A stretch of 64,000 bases of DNA from an uncultured Lentisphaerota bacterium. Its GTDB lineage: Bacteria; Verrucomicrobiota; Lentisphaeria; Victivallales; UBA1829. Under the pieces are notes generated by a model that saw only the letters and a program-made list of their open reading frames with translations, did no database searches and was not told the DNA's origin. Made by a program: the position numbers and the translations under genes. Location: assembly GCA_900320095.1 (NCBI GenBank), contig ONQZ01000004.1, positions 4,227 to 68,226 on the forward strand. The letters are read 5' to 3'. Of the stretch, positions 37,473 to 47,094 are shown in pieces. Position 1 is the stretch's first letter. Every line of letters begins with the position of its first letter.

Positions 37473-39086
37473 ATGAAATCTGATGTTCAGTTCGAAAACA
37501 AGGAAAGACCTCCTCAGGCCGCGGACCGTCTGAACGGGAAAACCGTCGTCGTCATCGGCGCCGGGCCCGCCGGGCTGACCGCCGGATACAGGCTCCTGCA
37601 GGCGAACCGGAACATCCGCCTCGTCATCCTGGAGGAATCCGGCTGCGTCGGCGGCATTTCGCGCACGGTCGAGCACAACGGCAACCGGATGGACATCGGC
37701 GGACACCGTTTTTTCTCCAAGGATCCGGAGGTCAACGCCATGTGGCGGGAGCTCATGCCGCTGCAGGGCAGACCCGCGTTCGACGACATCATCCTCGGCC
37801 GCAAAACCTCCCTCGCGCCGGGCGGCCCCGACCCCGAGCGGACCGACCGCGTGATGCTTGCCAGGCCGCGCGTCTCCCGTATCTACTACAAGCACCTCTT
37901 CTTCGACTATCCGGCGAAAATGAACTGGAGCACGTTCCGGAACATCGGGTTCCTGACCGCGTTCCGGGCGGGCATGAGCTATCTGCGCGCCATCCTGAGC
38001 CCGCTCCCGGAAAGCTCGCTCGAAAACTTCTACATCAACCGCTTCGGGCGCAGGCTCTACGCCATGTTCTTCGAGGGGTACACGGAAAAGGTCTGGGGAC
38101 GCCATCCGCGCGAGATTTCGGCGTCCTGGGGCGCGCAGCGCGTGAAGGGCCTTTCCATCACCGCCGTGCTCAAAAACGTCTTTTCCAAATGCGTCCCGTG
38201 CGGTCGCCGGAAGGTCGAAACGTCCCTGATCGGCGAGTTCCTCTACCCGAAATACGGACCCGGCCAGCTCTGGGAAGCCGCCGCTTCCGAGATCGAGCGC
38301 ATGGGCGGCGAGATTCTCTTGAACCATCGGGTCGCGCAGGTCAGGACGCAGAATGACCTGGTAAAGGAGATCGTCTGCGAGACGCCCGCTGGAACCGTGT
38401 CGTTCGAGGCGGACTATGTGATCTCCTCCATGCCGGTGAAGGACCTCGCCGGCGGCATGAACGATGTCCCGCCTGAGCTTGCGGAGATCGCCGCCGGGCT
38501 GCCCTACCGCGACTTCGTGACGATCGGCATCCTCGTCGACAGAATCAACCTGCGCAACGAGACGAAGCTGAAGACCCTGAACGGCATCATCCCCGACTGC
38601 TGGATCTACGTGCAGGATACCGGCGTCAGGCTCGGCCGCATCCAGATCTTCAACAACTGGTCGCCTTACATGCTCCGGGACCCGGAGCACTCCCTTTGGA
38701 TCGGCCTGGAGTATTTCTGCCGCGAGGGCGACGAATTCTGGTCCATGACCGGGGAGGAATGGAAGGCGTTTGCCGTGTCCGAGCTGGTGAAAATGGGCAT
38801 CCTGAACCCGGACGAACCTGTCCGCGACTATCACGTCGAGAAAGTCAGAAAGGCGTATCCGGCGTACTTCGACACCTACGACCGGATGGACACGCTCACG
38901 GCATATCTGGATTCCTTCCGCAACCTGTACTGCATCGGCCGCAACGGCCAGCACAGGTACAACAACATGGACCACAGCATGGTGACGGCGTTCGAAGCCG
39001 TAAAGCATCTCCTGGCGGGGCAGGGCGGCGACAGAAAAGCCATCTGGAACGTCAACACGGAAAAAGAATACCACGAAGAGGCATGA
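37473..39086 (+). CDS. FAD/NAD(P)-binding oxidoreductase (amine-oxidase/HemY-like fold)
   Basis: Dinucleotide motif VVVIGAGPAGLTAGYRL, then GGISRT...GGHRFF. Start set at ATG 37473 because the track ORF start overlaps the tRNA. Confidence 0.85.
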   Translation: MKSDVQFENKERPPQAADRLNGKTVVVIGAGPAGLTAGYRLLQANRNIRLVILEESGCVGGISRTVEHNGNRMDIGGHRFFSKDPEVNAMWRELMPLQGRPAFDDIILGRKTSLAPGGPDPERTDRVMLARPRVSRIYYKHLFFDYPAKMNWSTFRNIGFLTAFRAGMSYLRAILSPLPESSLENFYINRFGRRLYAMFFEGYTEKVWGRHPREISASWGAQRVKGLSITAVLKNVFSKCVPCGRRKVETSLIGEFLYPKYGPGQLWEAAASEIERMGGEILLNHRVAQVRTQNDLVKEIVCETPAGTVSFEADYVISSMPVKDLAGGMNDVPPELAEIAAGLPYRDFVTIGILVDRINLRNETKLKTLNGIIPDCWIYVQDTGVRLGRIQIFNNWSPYMLRDPEHSLWIGLEYFCREGDEFWSMTGEEWKAFAVSELVKMGILNPDEPVRDYHVEKVRKAYPAYFDTYDRMDTLTAYLDSFRNLYCIGRNGQHRYNNMDHSMVTAFEAVKHLLAGQGGDRKAIWNVNTEKEYHEEA

Positions 39087-39098
39087 TGGACTTCTGCA

Positions 39099-41393
39099 TC
39101 ACTGAGGCGGAGTTTCCGCTTTCTCCGCGGATGTGTCCGGGGTCTCCGTCATCAAATGCCCGTAGTGTTCCTGAACGTACTGATTGACCGGGCTGTAGGG
39201 AAACGCGTCTTTCGAGATCCACTTCACGCTCGCCGGGATGTCGATCTCGCGGATGTGGCAGCCCCGGAACGCCTCTTTCCCGATGCGCTCCAGGCCGTCC
39301 GGCAGGATGACTTTCCGCACGTTCCAGCAACCGCGGAAGGCGCCCGCCCCGATCTCCTTCACGCCCGCCGGGATCGTGATCACCGGTATGGAACAGATTT
39401 CGAACATCCTGTCGACGACCCGTTCCATATTGTCCGGGAGCACGAGCTCCTTGGCGCGGCAGGCGCTGAACGCGCCGTCCTCGAAATGCGTTACCGTGTC
39501 CGGCACGACGATACGGTCGAAGGTACACCCGGCGAACGCATTGGACGCGATTGTGCGGATATTCTCCGGCACCGTGAAAACCCCCGCCGTGTCCCTCGGC
39601 GCTTCGAGCAGGCGTCCCGTGACGGAATTGAACAGCGTGCCGTCGTCCAGCCGCTTGAACCTGCTGTCCGGCGGGAAGACCATATTTTCCCAGTGCATCC
39701 CGATCCCGTCCAAATCCTCAATGTCCCCGTGAAAAACGAGTTTGTGTTCCTTCGGTCCGTACGCATACCACCAGCCGAACGCGTTTCTTCCGATGCGCTT
39801 CACGCTCGCCGGCAGTTCGATATGGGACAGGCTCGTTGCGAAAAACGCATTGTCCCCGATAGATTCGACGCCGTCCGGGAACTCCACGCTCCGCAGCAGA
39901 TGGCATTCAGAAAAGGCTTTTTGTCCGATCGTCTTCGCGCCCGCCGGGATACGAATACTCTTCAGAGTCTTACAGCCGGAAAACATGCCGTCCGAAATCG
40001 AATTCATCCCGTCCGCAAGCTCGCACTTCGTCAGGGAGACGCAGTTCCTGAAAATATCCGGTTCAATCCGGGAAGGCGCACCGGCGATTTCCACCTCGGT
40101 CAGACGTACGTCCTCAGCAAACGCGTTGGATCCGATAAAATTTACGCCCGCCGGGATCCGGATCTTCTCCAGGGACCGGCAGTGCTCGAACGCGCCGTCG
40201 CCGATGGCTTCCAGCGATTCCGGGAGCGTGATCCGGCTCAGGGAAACGCATCTCTCAAACGCGCCCGCCCCGATCCGCATAACGTCCGGGAGCTCGACAT
40301 CCCTCAGAAAACTGCATCTGCCGAATCCCCAGACGGACGGAGACGGATTGCCGCTGCGGCCCTGCTTGTGCGTGCGGACGCGGAGCAGACTGAGGCATCC
40401 GTCGAACCCCTCCAGCGAGGCGTCCCGCGCCACTACGACCTCCTCCAGCCGTATGCAGTTTTTGAACGAGACCGACTGGATCCCGACCGGGATCGAGGCA
40501 TATTTCAGCGTGGAACTGCCGGGAAATTCGAATTTGGCGGCATAAGGATTCAAATCGTGTTCGAGAAGGAGTTTTCGAAGGGTTTCATCCACGGCGGGGA
40601 CACTCTCCGGGATCGGACCGAAGGTATCAATGGATCTCAGGGCGGAACACCCCGCGAAAGCACTGCCGTCGCACCGGCGGAGCGTATGCGGCAGCGCGAT
40701 CATCTTCAGCGAGGTGCAGTCCTGAAACGCATGATAACCGAGTCCGGCAAGATTGGCGGGCATGCGGACGTCCGACAACGCCGTGCACCCGTGGAACGCA
40801 TGCTTTCCGATCACCAGCACATTGTCCGGGATCCTGATGCGTTTCAGGCTCGTGCACCCGGCAAAAGCCCCCTCGCCGATGGAAACCAGCGTAGAAGGCA
40901 GCGTAACGCGTTTCAGCTGCGTACATTTCCAAAACGCTTTCGCGCCGATGTGCGCGACGCCTTCCGGCACCTCGAATTCGACCGTGTCCTCCGGGACCAC
41001 CCATAGTGTCCTGCTGGGAGGATCGCCGGAATCAAGATACTCCGGGGAAGGATACGGCATGTGGTGCGGACCCGCCAGATAATCGTCCGGGAAGGGCCAA
41101 GCCGTCGTTTTCGGGCGCCGGTCATGGATGAGGTAGAACGGGAATGAGGAGAAAATCTCTTCGTACCTCAAATCCTGGTATCGTTCGAGGTCTTCCGGAA
41201 AAAGCCGGAAACTGAAGCGGGCGCGAACCGGAACGAACGGTACGCCGAGATTGCAGATGATGCGCCACGGCAGCAGGTAAAGTATCACGGAGCCGATGAA
41301 CATGGCCAGGAACAGGAAGGACATGCACGAAATGCGGCGCAATTTGGACCGGTGCAGAGAACGCGGCTCGTCGGATGTATGATCTTGAGGCAT
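39099..41393 (-). CDS. Large BspA-type leucine-rich-repeat protein with N-terminal membrane anchor
   Basis: 764 aa. TM segment ISCMSFLFLAMFIGSVILYLL, then more than 15 LRR_5-like repeats (P..V..IG..AF..C..L..I.IP). Confidence 0.85.
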   Translation of the reverse strand: MPQDHTSDEPRSLHRSKLRRISCMSFLFLAMFIGSVILYLLPWRIICNLGVPFVPVRARFSFRLFPEDLERYQDLRYEEIFSSFPFYLIHDRRPKTTAWPFPDDYLAGPHHMPYPSPEYLDSGDPPSRTLWVVPEDTVEFEVPEGVAHIGAKAFWKCTQLKRVTLPSTLVSIGEGAFAGCTSLKRIRIPDNVLVIGKHAFHGCTALSDVRMPANLAGLGYHAFQDCTSLKMIALPHTLRRCDGSAFAGCSALRSIDTFGPIPESVPAVDETLRKLLLEHDLNPYAAKFEFPGSSTLKYASIPVGIQSVSFKNCIRLEEVVVARDASLEGFDGCLSLLRVRTHKQGRSGNPSPSVWGFGRCSFLRDVELPDVMRIGAGAFERCVSLSRITLPESLEAIGDGAFEHCRSLEKIRIPAGVNFIGSNAFAEDVRLTEVEIAGAPSRIEPDIFRNCVSLTKCELADGMNSISDGMFSGCKTLKSIRIPAGAKTIGQKAFSECHLLRSVEFPDGVESIGDNAFFATSLSHIELPASVKRIGRNAFGWWYAYGPKEHKLVFHGDIEDLDGIGMHWENMVFPPDSRFKRLDDGTLFNSVTGRLLEAPRDTAGVFTVPENIRTIASNAFAGCTFDRIVVPDTVTHFEDGAFSACRAKELVLPDNMERVVDRMFEICSIPVITIPAGVKEIGAGAFRGCWNVRKVILPDGLERIGKEAFRGCHIREIDIPASVKWISKDAFPYSPVNQYVQEHYGHLMTETPDTSAEKAETPPQ

Positions 41394-41469
41394 GAAAACT
41401 CCTCACACGTTCGAATGAAAAGGCTTTTCGATAGTATTCCATAAATATACACCCTGTAACCGCTTTTTC

Positions 41470-41830
41470 AAGAAAAAAAGAGAAAACAGGCAGATTGTGA
41501 TTTATTGTTCATAGATAAGTTTTAATAGATATGATAAATATAAAATTAAAAGTGAAATAAGAGAAAAAAATATTGAAATAAGATTTTATATTAAAAACAA
41601 AACTGAAAATAGATAATACTGTTTTCAATGATAAGACAGAGCGATTAAATCGCTTTATATTTATTTCGAAATTGAGATAGAATGATAATATGCTGATTAT
41701 TTAAATAAGATAAGAATATATAAAAAAAGAAATGACAAAATGAATGAATAAACTGATTTTCAAGGAATAGCGGGAATATCCGTTGATTCTGACAGATAAT
41801 TTGTCAAGTATTTGATAATCAATATAAAAG
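41470..41830. other. Extremely AT-rich non-coding island with co-oriented WGATAAK motifs
   Basis: About 360 bp of roughly 20-25% GC (by eye) in a ~60% GC context. No ORF of 60 aa or more. Eight plus-strand GATAA cores at 41513, 41532, 41611, 41629, 41683, 41708, 41794 and 41813; no TTATC seen. Confidence 0.9.
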
Positions 41831-41864
41831 AAATGACGGACAAACCGTCTGATTCGTCCGTCAT
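41824..41864 (-). terminator. Rho-independent terminator of thiI
   Basis: ATGACGGAC (41833-41841) pairs with GTCCGTCAT (41856-41864). On the minus strand the stem is followed by TTTCTTTT. Confidence 0.7.
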
Positions 41865-41883
41865 ATCGTCATTTCACTGATTT

Positions 41884-43140
41884 TCAATCATTTATATCGT
41901 GTGACGGAATGTCGGTCAAACCGTCATCCGTCACCAGCTTGATCTCATCAAAAGCCTTCTGTATCGCCGCGTCCATGTCGGGTATCTTCGATTCCTCGAA
42001 CTCCACAAAATGAAGCTTGGCATGAATGACAGGAGAAGGCGGTGCAAAGACCGTGCAGCTGTCCGCCATAGGTTCGATGGAAATGTCAAATGTTCCAATG
42101 TCTTCCGCACGGGCGATCGTCTCCAGTTTATCCATGCCGCAGAGTGGACGCACGATCAGATCCGGCACGGCACGGTCGATCACGGACATGTTCACGACCG
42201 TCTGGCTGGCGACCTGACCGATCGCCTCGCCGGTCACGATCCCGTACAGATTATGCTTTCTGCAGAGTTTCGAGGCGATGCGCATCATCATGCGCCGGTA
42301 CAGGACGGTGCGGAATTTCGGATCGCAGTTGTCGCGGATGAGTTTCTGAACCTCGGAAAGATTGCAGGCATACAGCACGCCGTGCGGCTGGAACCTGTTG
42401 ATGATCTTCGCGATACGCCAGACTTTCGTGACGGATTCGATCGGCGTATATGGATAACTGTGGAACGTAAGAAAGTCCATCCGGCAGCCGCGTTTCATCG
42501 CCATCGCGCACGCCACCGGCGAATCGATCCCGCCGGAAAGCATGCCGAGCAGCGGAGAATTGGAGCCGACCGGAAGGCCGCCGCGCGCCTTGACCGTTTC
42601 GAGGAAGATCGTGGAATTCTTTTCGCGTATCTCGACGCCGATGGAAATATCCGGATTCATCAGGTCGACCTGGATCTTATCCTCCCCGAACATTTCTTCG
42701 ATCATGGAAGCTGTTTCGATTTCGATCTCTTTGGAACGCAACGGAAAACTCTTGTCGGAACGCCGTGCGCGCGTCCGGAATTTCACTGGACGACCGAGAG
42801 TCTCAAGTTTCTGTTCGAACAACGGTTTCACGGCATTCTTAATATGATCCAGAACGGCTTCGATGGTGCGTTCCCCCTCGATACAGAAAGAAAACGAATC
42901 CAGGCCGAAACAGTCTCTCAGGCGTTCTTTCAGATACTCCTGTTCCTCGTCCGTGAAAACCTCAAATTCGTTTTTATGTATGAAAATACGGCCGCGCATT
43001 TTCACATAATTCAGACCCGGAACACGGTCTTTCGTCATGCGTTTCATATTGCGGATCAGCGCATTTTCAAACATGCTGCGATTGTTTCCTTTTGTCGCGA
43101 TCTCGTTGTAACGGCAGATGATGGAATTGTAGGATGCCAT
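41884..43140 (-). CDS. thiI: tRNA 4-thiouridine(8) synthase ThiI (THUMP + PP-loop, no rhodanese domain)
   Basis: 418 aa. PP-loop LSGGIDSPVA. N-terminal ferredoxin-like/THUMP region. Confidence 0.92.
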   Translation of the reverse strand: MASYNSIICRYNEIATKGNNRSMFENALIRNMKRMTKDRVPGLNYVKMRGRIFIHKNEFEVFTDEEQEYLKERLRDCFGLDSFSFCIEGERTIEAVLDHIKNAVKPLFEQKLETLGRPVKFRTRARRSDKSFPLRSKEIEIETASMIEEMFGEDKIQVDLMNPDISIGVEIREKNSTIFLETVKARGGLPVGSNSPLLGMLSGGIDSPVACAMAMKRGCRMDFLTFHSYPYTPIESVTKVWRIAKIINRFQPHGVLYACNLSEVQKLIRDNCDPKFRTVLYRRMMMRIASKLCRKHNLYGIVTGEAIGQVASQTVVNMSVIDRAVPDLIVRPLCGMDKLETIARAEDIGTFDISIEPMADSCTVFAPPSPVIHAKLHFVEFEESKIPDMDAAIQKAFDEIKLVTDDGLTDIPSHDIND

Positions 43141-43159
43141 ATTGTTTCTCCTGTCTTGC

Positions 43160-44230
43160 TTAAACAGCGCGTCCGGCTGTAATATGTACGATTTGTGAAT
43201 ATTGCGTCAGAGGATTATCGGGTATTTCCGTAAAGGAACAGAATACCTGTTTTGCTTCCGATATCTTATGATAAAATGCTTCCTGCGTCTTTTTGTCAAG
43301 ATCGCCGGTGGCATCATCCACGATAACGACTGTATTATCCTTTGACATCGAATGATTTTTGACGATATCGAATTCCGCTTCCTTCAGCGCGAACGATGTC
43401 GCGCGGCACTGTCCGCGGGAACCGTACAATTTCAAGGATTTTCCATCTGCGACAAAATCGAAATCGTCAAGATGCGGTCCGGTTGTCATGTATCCGTTCA
43501 GTCTGTCTTTTTCCAGATTCCGTTCGAGTTTTTCCTCAAAGATTTTCGGATCGGAAAGCTCATGAACCGTCTTCAATTTCAACTGCAGATCGGCGAGTTC
43601 CGGCTTCAGTTCCGCCATGATGTTCCGCATGAAATCCGATAAGATTCTGAGGTGGATTTCACGCGCCTGGACGATCTCCGCGCCGTATTTTGCGAGCGCC
43701 GGATGATACGACCGGATCACATCGTTGTTCGTATCCTTCATCCGAAGCAGACAATTTCTGTTTTTGACCCCGTTATAATACGCCTGCAGCGCGGTAAAAT
43801 ATCCATGGTCCAGCATGGAAATGAACATATCGAGAAATTTTCTTCTTACCTGGGACCGCCCGGTGATGATTTCCGGATCGTCCGGCAGAAACGTGACCGT
43901 ATTGAACGAACCGGCGAACTCGCTGGCACGCGGGACATGTTTTCCGTCCACGACCAGTTTCCGTGTCTCGCCGAGCTCGACCGCGAGCTGGCGCGACCAG
44001 TCCCGGAATGAAACGGAAGCTCCGACGATCGCGGACGGCGCATGAATTTTTATCATTTCCGAGGTGCGCGAAGTACGGAACGACCTCAGATTCGCGAGAT
44101 AAAACAACGCTTCCAGCAGACTGGTCTTTCCCTGGCCGTTCGATCCGCAGAGAAACACCGTCGGTGCCTCAAAACGCAGGGACACCGATTCGAACAACCG
44201 GAAATTCTGCAGAACCAGCGAATTTACCAT
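43160..44230 (-). CDS. recF: DNA replication and repair protein RecF
   Basis: Walker A GSNGQGKTSLLEA, then FYLANLRSFRT. Canonical position downstream of dnaN. Confidence 0.9.
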   Translation of the reverse strand: MVNSLVLQNFRLFESVSLRFEAPTVFLCGSNGQGKTSLLEALFYLANLRSFRTSRTSEMIKIHAPSAIVGASVSFRDWSRQLAVELGETRKLVVDGKHVPRASEFAGSFNTVTFLPDDPEIITGRSQVRRKFLDMFISMLDHGYFTALQAYYNGVKNRNCLLRMKDTNNDVIRSYHPALAKYGAEIVQAREIHLRILSDFMRNIMAELKPELADLQLKLKTVHELSDPKIFEEKLERNLEKDRLNGYMTTGPHLDDFDFVADGKSLKLYGSRGQCRATSFALKEAEFDIVKNHSMSKDNTVVIVDDATGDLDKKTQEAFYHKISEAKQVFCSFTEIPDNPLTQYSQIVHITAGRAV

Positions 44231-44386
44231 GGAGAAGTCCCCGCGAAAAGATTACTGAAAATGAAGTGATTGAATACGGAAGTCCCGCCGCATGCACGGT
44301 TTGAGCTTACGGCAGGACTTTCAGCACATTGTTTCAGCACGATCACTTTCTCCGACCGTACTGTTGCGCTGCATGACTTGCTGTTC

Positions 44387-45484
44387 TTATTTGTTCCTCA
44401 TCGGCATGATGACATACAGGAAGCCGTCGCCGCTTTCGATCGCGATCGGGCTCATGACGTCGTTCACCTTGATGAACACGTTGTCGACCTGGATGTGCTT
44501 GAAGGGATCCAGGAAGAAGTTCGAGTTGAACGAAGCGGACATCTCCTCGCCGTCGTACTGGATGGGCACGCTTTCGCGGCCTTCGCCGATGTTGCTGTTC
44601 GTTTCGAAGAGCATGCTGTCCGATTTGAACGTGAGGGAGACTTTCGGCGAACCGCTTTCCGCGAGGGTCACACAGATGAGTTCGAGCGCATAGATCACGC
44701 TTTCGCAGGAGACTGTCACGGTCTGCTTGAAGGAAGCCGGAATGACCTGGCGGTAGTTCGGGTAGTTGCCTTCGATGAGCTTGGAGGTGATCACGGATGC
44801 GCCGACCTCGAACACGACCTGGTTTTCGGCGATGTTGATCGCGACTTCGCCTTCCTTTTCGAGGAGGCGCTTGAGCTCGTTCGCGGCCTTTTGGGTGATG
44901 ATGATATCGCCCTCGGAACCTTCGGGAAGCTCTTCGAAGACTTTTTCGCAAAGGGCAAGGCGTTTGCCGTCGGTGGCGACCGCGGTGAATTTGCCGTCGC
45001 GGACGGAGAACAGGATGCCCTGCAGGACCTTGCGGGAATCTTCGAGGCTGGCGGCGTATGCGATGCGTTCGATGATAACCGCCATGTCCGCCTGCTTCAT
45101 GGAGAAGGAACGGATGAATTTGACCTCGTCCTTCTTCGGATAATCGGCGGGATTGAGGCCGAGGAGCATGATGGACGCGGTGCCGCACTTGATCGTGGAG
45201 TGGAAGTTGTCGCCGCTTTCGATCTCGATGAAGTCGCCGCGGAACTTGGAAACGAGGGTGAGCATCTTCTTGGCGGGAAGTGTGGTCTCGCCGGCCTCGA
45301 TGACCTCGGCGTCGACGACCGTTTCCATGCGGATCTCAAGGTCGGTGCCGGTGAGTTTGAGCTTGCCGTCGGCCGCCTCGAACAGGATATTGGAAAGCAC
45401 GGGGAGGGTATTGCGCGTATTGATGATATTGCCGACCTTCTGCAGCGCCTTGAGCATGGTCTCTCTGGAAATCTTGATTTTCAT
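44387..45484 (-). CDS. dnaN: DNA polymerase III beta sliding clamp
   Basis: 365 aa. Starts MKIKISRETMLKALQKV. Three-domain clamp length, with recF downstream. Confidence 0.95.
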   Translation of the reverse strand: MKIKISRETMLKALQKVGNIINTRNTLPVLSNILFEAADGKLKLTGTDLEIRMETVVDAEVIEAGETTLPAKKMLTLVSKFRGDFIEIESGDNFHSTIKCGTASIMLLGLNPADYPKKDEVKFIRSFSMKQADMAVIIERIAYAASLEDSRKVLQGILFSVRDGKFTAVATDGKRLALCEKVFEELPEGSEGDIIITQKAANELKRLLEKEGEVAINIAENQVVFEVGASVITSKLIEGNYPNYRQVIPASFKQTVTVSCESVIYALELICVTLAESGSPKVSLTFKSDSMLFETNSNIGEGRESVPIQYDGEEMSASFNSNFFLDPFKHIQVDNVFIKVNDVMSPIAIESGDGFLYVIMPMRNK

Positions 45485-45740
45485 GGTGGGTTGCCTCCGA
45501 TCTTCCGGCGGACTTTTCTGTGCCGCCCGGAAAAGTTATTGAGATTGGTTTCTGATATGATTTTAACCTGAATTGAGCAAATGTAATAGGAATAGGGGCT
45601 GTCAATATGTCAACAACCCTTCGTTCCCGCTTCAAACACTTTTTTCGGAAGATGTTCACAAAATGGTTTGACTTTGTTCGGAAACGGTGTTCTATTAACA
45701 CTGTGGATTTTTATTTAACCCCTGTTGGCAGGTGACGAAC

Positions 45741-46397
45741 ATGGATATGAACAACAATGTCAAGAAGCACATGGATACTCTTCTGGCCCGGTATCCCGAT
45801 CTCCGGGACACGGCGGAAAAAATCCATACATTATATTTTAACCTGGAAAACGTTTTTTTCAAGGACAAAACGCTATTTATCTGCGGAAATGGCGGAAGTT
45901 GTTCAGACGCAGAACATTTTATTGCCGAGCTTGGAAAAGGATTCCTGAGCCGCCGGCATATCCCGTCCGAACTCGGCGAAGCTCTGGAAGCCGCCTATCC
46001 CGGCGAAAACTATCCGGAACGGCTTCAGAGAGGGTTCCGCGCCATTTCCCTGAACGGTCATCCGGCGCTTGCGTCGGCGTACACCAATGATGTCGATCCT
46101 CTCATGACTTACGCCCAGCAGCTGTATATCTTCGGTAAGAAGGGCGATGCCGTGCTCGGGATCACGACTTCCGGCAACGCGAAAAATATTTTGAATCTCT
46201 TCAAAGTGGCGCGTGTGCTCGGAATTTCCACCTATCTCCTGACCGGGAACAACGAGGAAGGCGTGTGCAGAAAATACGCCGATTTTATTTTGGATGTCCC
46301 GGCGCGTGAAGCATACCGCGTGCAGGAATACCATCTGCCCATCTACCACGCTTTGGCGATGATGCTGGAGGAAAGGTTCTATGGCGCAGGCGAATGA
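45741..46397 (+). CDS. SIS-domain protein, phosphoheptose isomerase GmhA/DiaA-like
   Basis: FICGNGGSCSDAEHFIAEL and ..ITTSGNAKN.. are typical of GmhA/DiaA. An alternative GTG start lies at 45732. Confidence 0.8.
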   Translation: MDMNNNVKKHMDTLLARYPDLRDTAEKIHTLYFNLENVFFKDKTLFICGNGGSCSDAEHFIAELGKGFLSRRHIPSELGEALEAAYPGENYPERLQRGFRAISLNGHPALASAYTNDVDPLMTYAQQLYIFGKKGDAVLGITTSGNAKNILNLFKVARVLGISTYLLTGNNEEGVCRKYADFILDVPAREAYRVQEYHLPIYHALAMMLEERFYGAGE

Positions 46398-47091
46398 ACT
46401 CAAGCATGTAGCCGTTATTCTGGACGGCAACGGACGCTGGGCGGCGCAGCACGGAGTTGAACGCAAGGAAGGCCACCTGGCGGGCGCGAACCGTGTGGTA
46501 GATTTCATGAACTATATCTCGCGCTACGAGTCCATCCGCTATGTCACGCTGTACGCGTTCAGCACGGAAAACTGGAAGCGCTCGAAAGAGGAAGTCGACG
46601 CGCTGATGAATATTCTGGCGCAGTTTCTCGACGACAACCTCGAAGTCCTGCTGAATGAAAAGGTCCGCCTGCTTACGGCGGGCGACATTTCCGCACTGCC
46701 GGAACCGTGCCGTGTCCGTCTTGACAAGGTCAAACGCGAAACTGCGAAAGATTTTACGCGCACATTCATCCTCGCGCTCAACTACGGTTCGCGCATGGAG
46801 ATCACGGATGCCGTGAAAGCGATTGCGAATGAAGTGAAAAATGGTACGCTTTCACCTGAAGACATCACGGAAAAGACGGTGGCGGATCATCTGTATCTCC
46901 CCGAAGTGCCGGATCCCGACCTGCTGATCCGAACCAGCGGCGAGGAGCGCGTGAGCAATTTCCTGCTGTGGCAGATATCCTACAGCGAGTTTTATTTTAC
47001 GAAGACCTTATGGCCGGATTTCGACATCAACGAGTTCGACAAGGCGGTCCAGGCTTATTACGGCCGGAAACGCAGATTCGGAGGCAGATAA
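46381..47091 (+). CDS. uppS: Undecaprenyl diphosphate synthase
   Basis: HVAVILDGNGRWA and RTSGEERVSNFLLWQISYSEFYF. Confidence 0.93.
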   Translation: MAQANELKHVAVILDGNGRWAAQHGVERKEGHLAGANRVVDFMNYISRYESIRYVTLYAFSTENWKRSKEEVDALMNILAQFLDDNLEVLLNEKVRLLTAGDISALPEPCRVRLDKVKRETAKDFTRTFILALNYGSRMEITDAVKAIANEVKNGTLSPEDITEKTVADHLYLPEVPDPDLLIRTSGEERVSNFLLWQISYSEFYFTKTLWPDFDINEFDKAVQAYYGRKRRFGGR

Positions 47092-47094
47092 CCT

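Noticed and set aside
34298-37483. 1061-aa plus-strand ORF spanning proS, the solute-binding protein gene and tRNA-Leu
   Set aside because: It is antisense to two well-supported minus-strand genes and runs through a tRNA gene, so it is an artefact of low stop-codon frequency.
41470-41830. AT-rich island as a coding region or rRNA/tRNA fragment
   Set aside because: No ORF of 60 aa or more in any frame, stop codons are dense, and there is no resemblance to rRNA or a cloverleaf. Treated as non-coding.
44387-46397. dnaA next to dnaN
   Set aside because: No DnaA-like ORF (AAA+ core plus C-terminal HTH) is present on either side. The upstream neighbour is a SIS-domain protein.
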